Assembly (NCBI GenBank): GCA_002633005.1
Contig: NMRA01000046.1
Span: 386,266-450,265, forward strand
Origin: Phoronis australis
Lineage: Eukaryota > Animalia > Phoronida
Length of the DNA: 64,000 nt
Direction of reading: 5' to 3'
Shown here: positions 63,529 through 64,000 of the stretch, piece after piece
Position numbering within the stretch: the stretch's first letter is position 1
Layout: each line of letters opens with the position of its first letter
Program-made: the position numbers and the translations under genes
Notes under the pieces: model-generated
Database searches by the model: none
Told to the model about the DNA's origin: nothing
What the model saw: the letters and a program-made list of their open reading frames with translations, nothing else

Positions 63529-64000
63529 TCCTCCTAATGCTTTGTTCCAGTCTAATAATCCTTGAGTTTACACTTTTGTCATGATCATTCATTAAACAGT
63601 CCAATTACAGTTTCAGTTGCATTAAGATCTGCACTCTTGAGTGTGGGCAGTGCTGCAATATCATTGATTTATAAATATCACAGATCGTTGGTCACCTGTG
63701 GAGATGTGTAGTTTCAGAATATTCTCACAGCAGTTTCATATTCATCAATAATGAGCACTTAAACTAAACGTTCTTTGATTCAGAGACTTCACTGTAATAA
63801 TACTGCATTTACAATCCTGATGGTTTGGAAAGCTCATTTTTACCAAGCGACAATGTACTGTCAAGTTTTTATAATATTGTTACACTGCCATCTCTTGACT
63901 GGAATTTCTAAGTAAATATTAAGTAAACAGTGATTTAGAACCTCTAGTAAAGGCTTAGTCTTAAATTGATAGTGACTTTTAATTAATATTATGTCCACTA

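Overview
AT-rich eukaryotic (invertebrate animal-like) genomic DNA, not prokaryotic. Most of the window (3958 to at least 58264, + strand) is the 5' half of a fibrocystin-L / PKHD1L1-like gene. I traced 45 exons by eye with consistent phases (6612 nt, about 2204 aa): signal peptide, many IPT/TIG domains, a PA14 domain, a cupredoxin-like segment and the first G8 domain. No stop codon or TM exon is in the window. Two introns use GC-AG splicing. A second copy of exons 26-27 lies next to an assembly N. An intronless class A GPCR is antisense at 62581-63528, probably nested in an intron. The introns hold many mobile elements: two Kolobok-type DNA transposons (TTAA TSD, THAP transposase remnant and convergent KolX-like remnant), three large copies plus a fragment of a Helentron/DINE-1-like element whose internal repeats each carry a CTCF-like motif, Harbinger and Tc1/mariner fossils, a Penelope remnant with inverted pseudo-LTRs, CR1/L2, RTE and L1/Tx1 fragments, MITEs and minisatellites. 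The most unusual signals are the CTCF-like motif arrays, repeated local duplications of exon ends and splice sites, and the TIG-module duplicate whose exonic differences are all non-synonymous. All calls come from reading the sequence and recalled family motifs; no searches were run.
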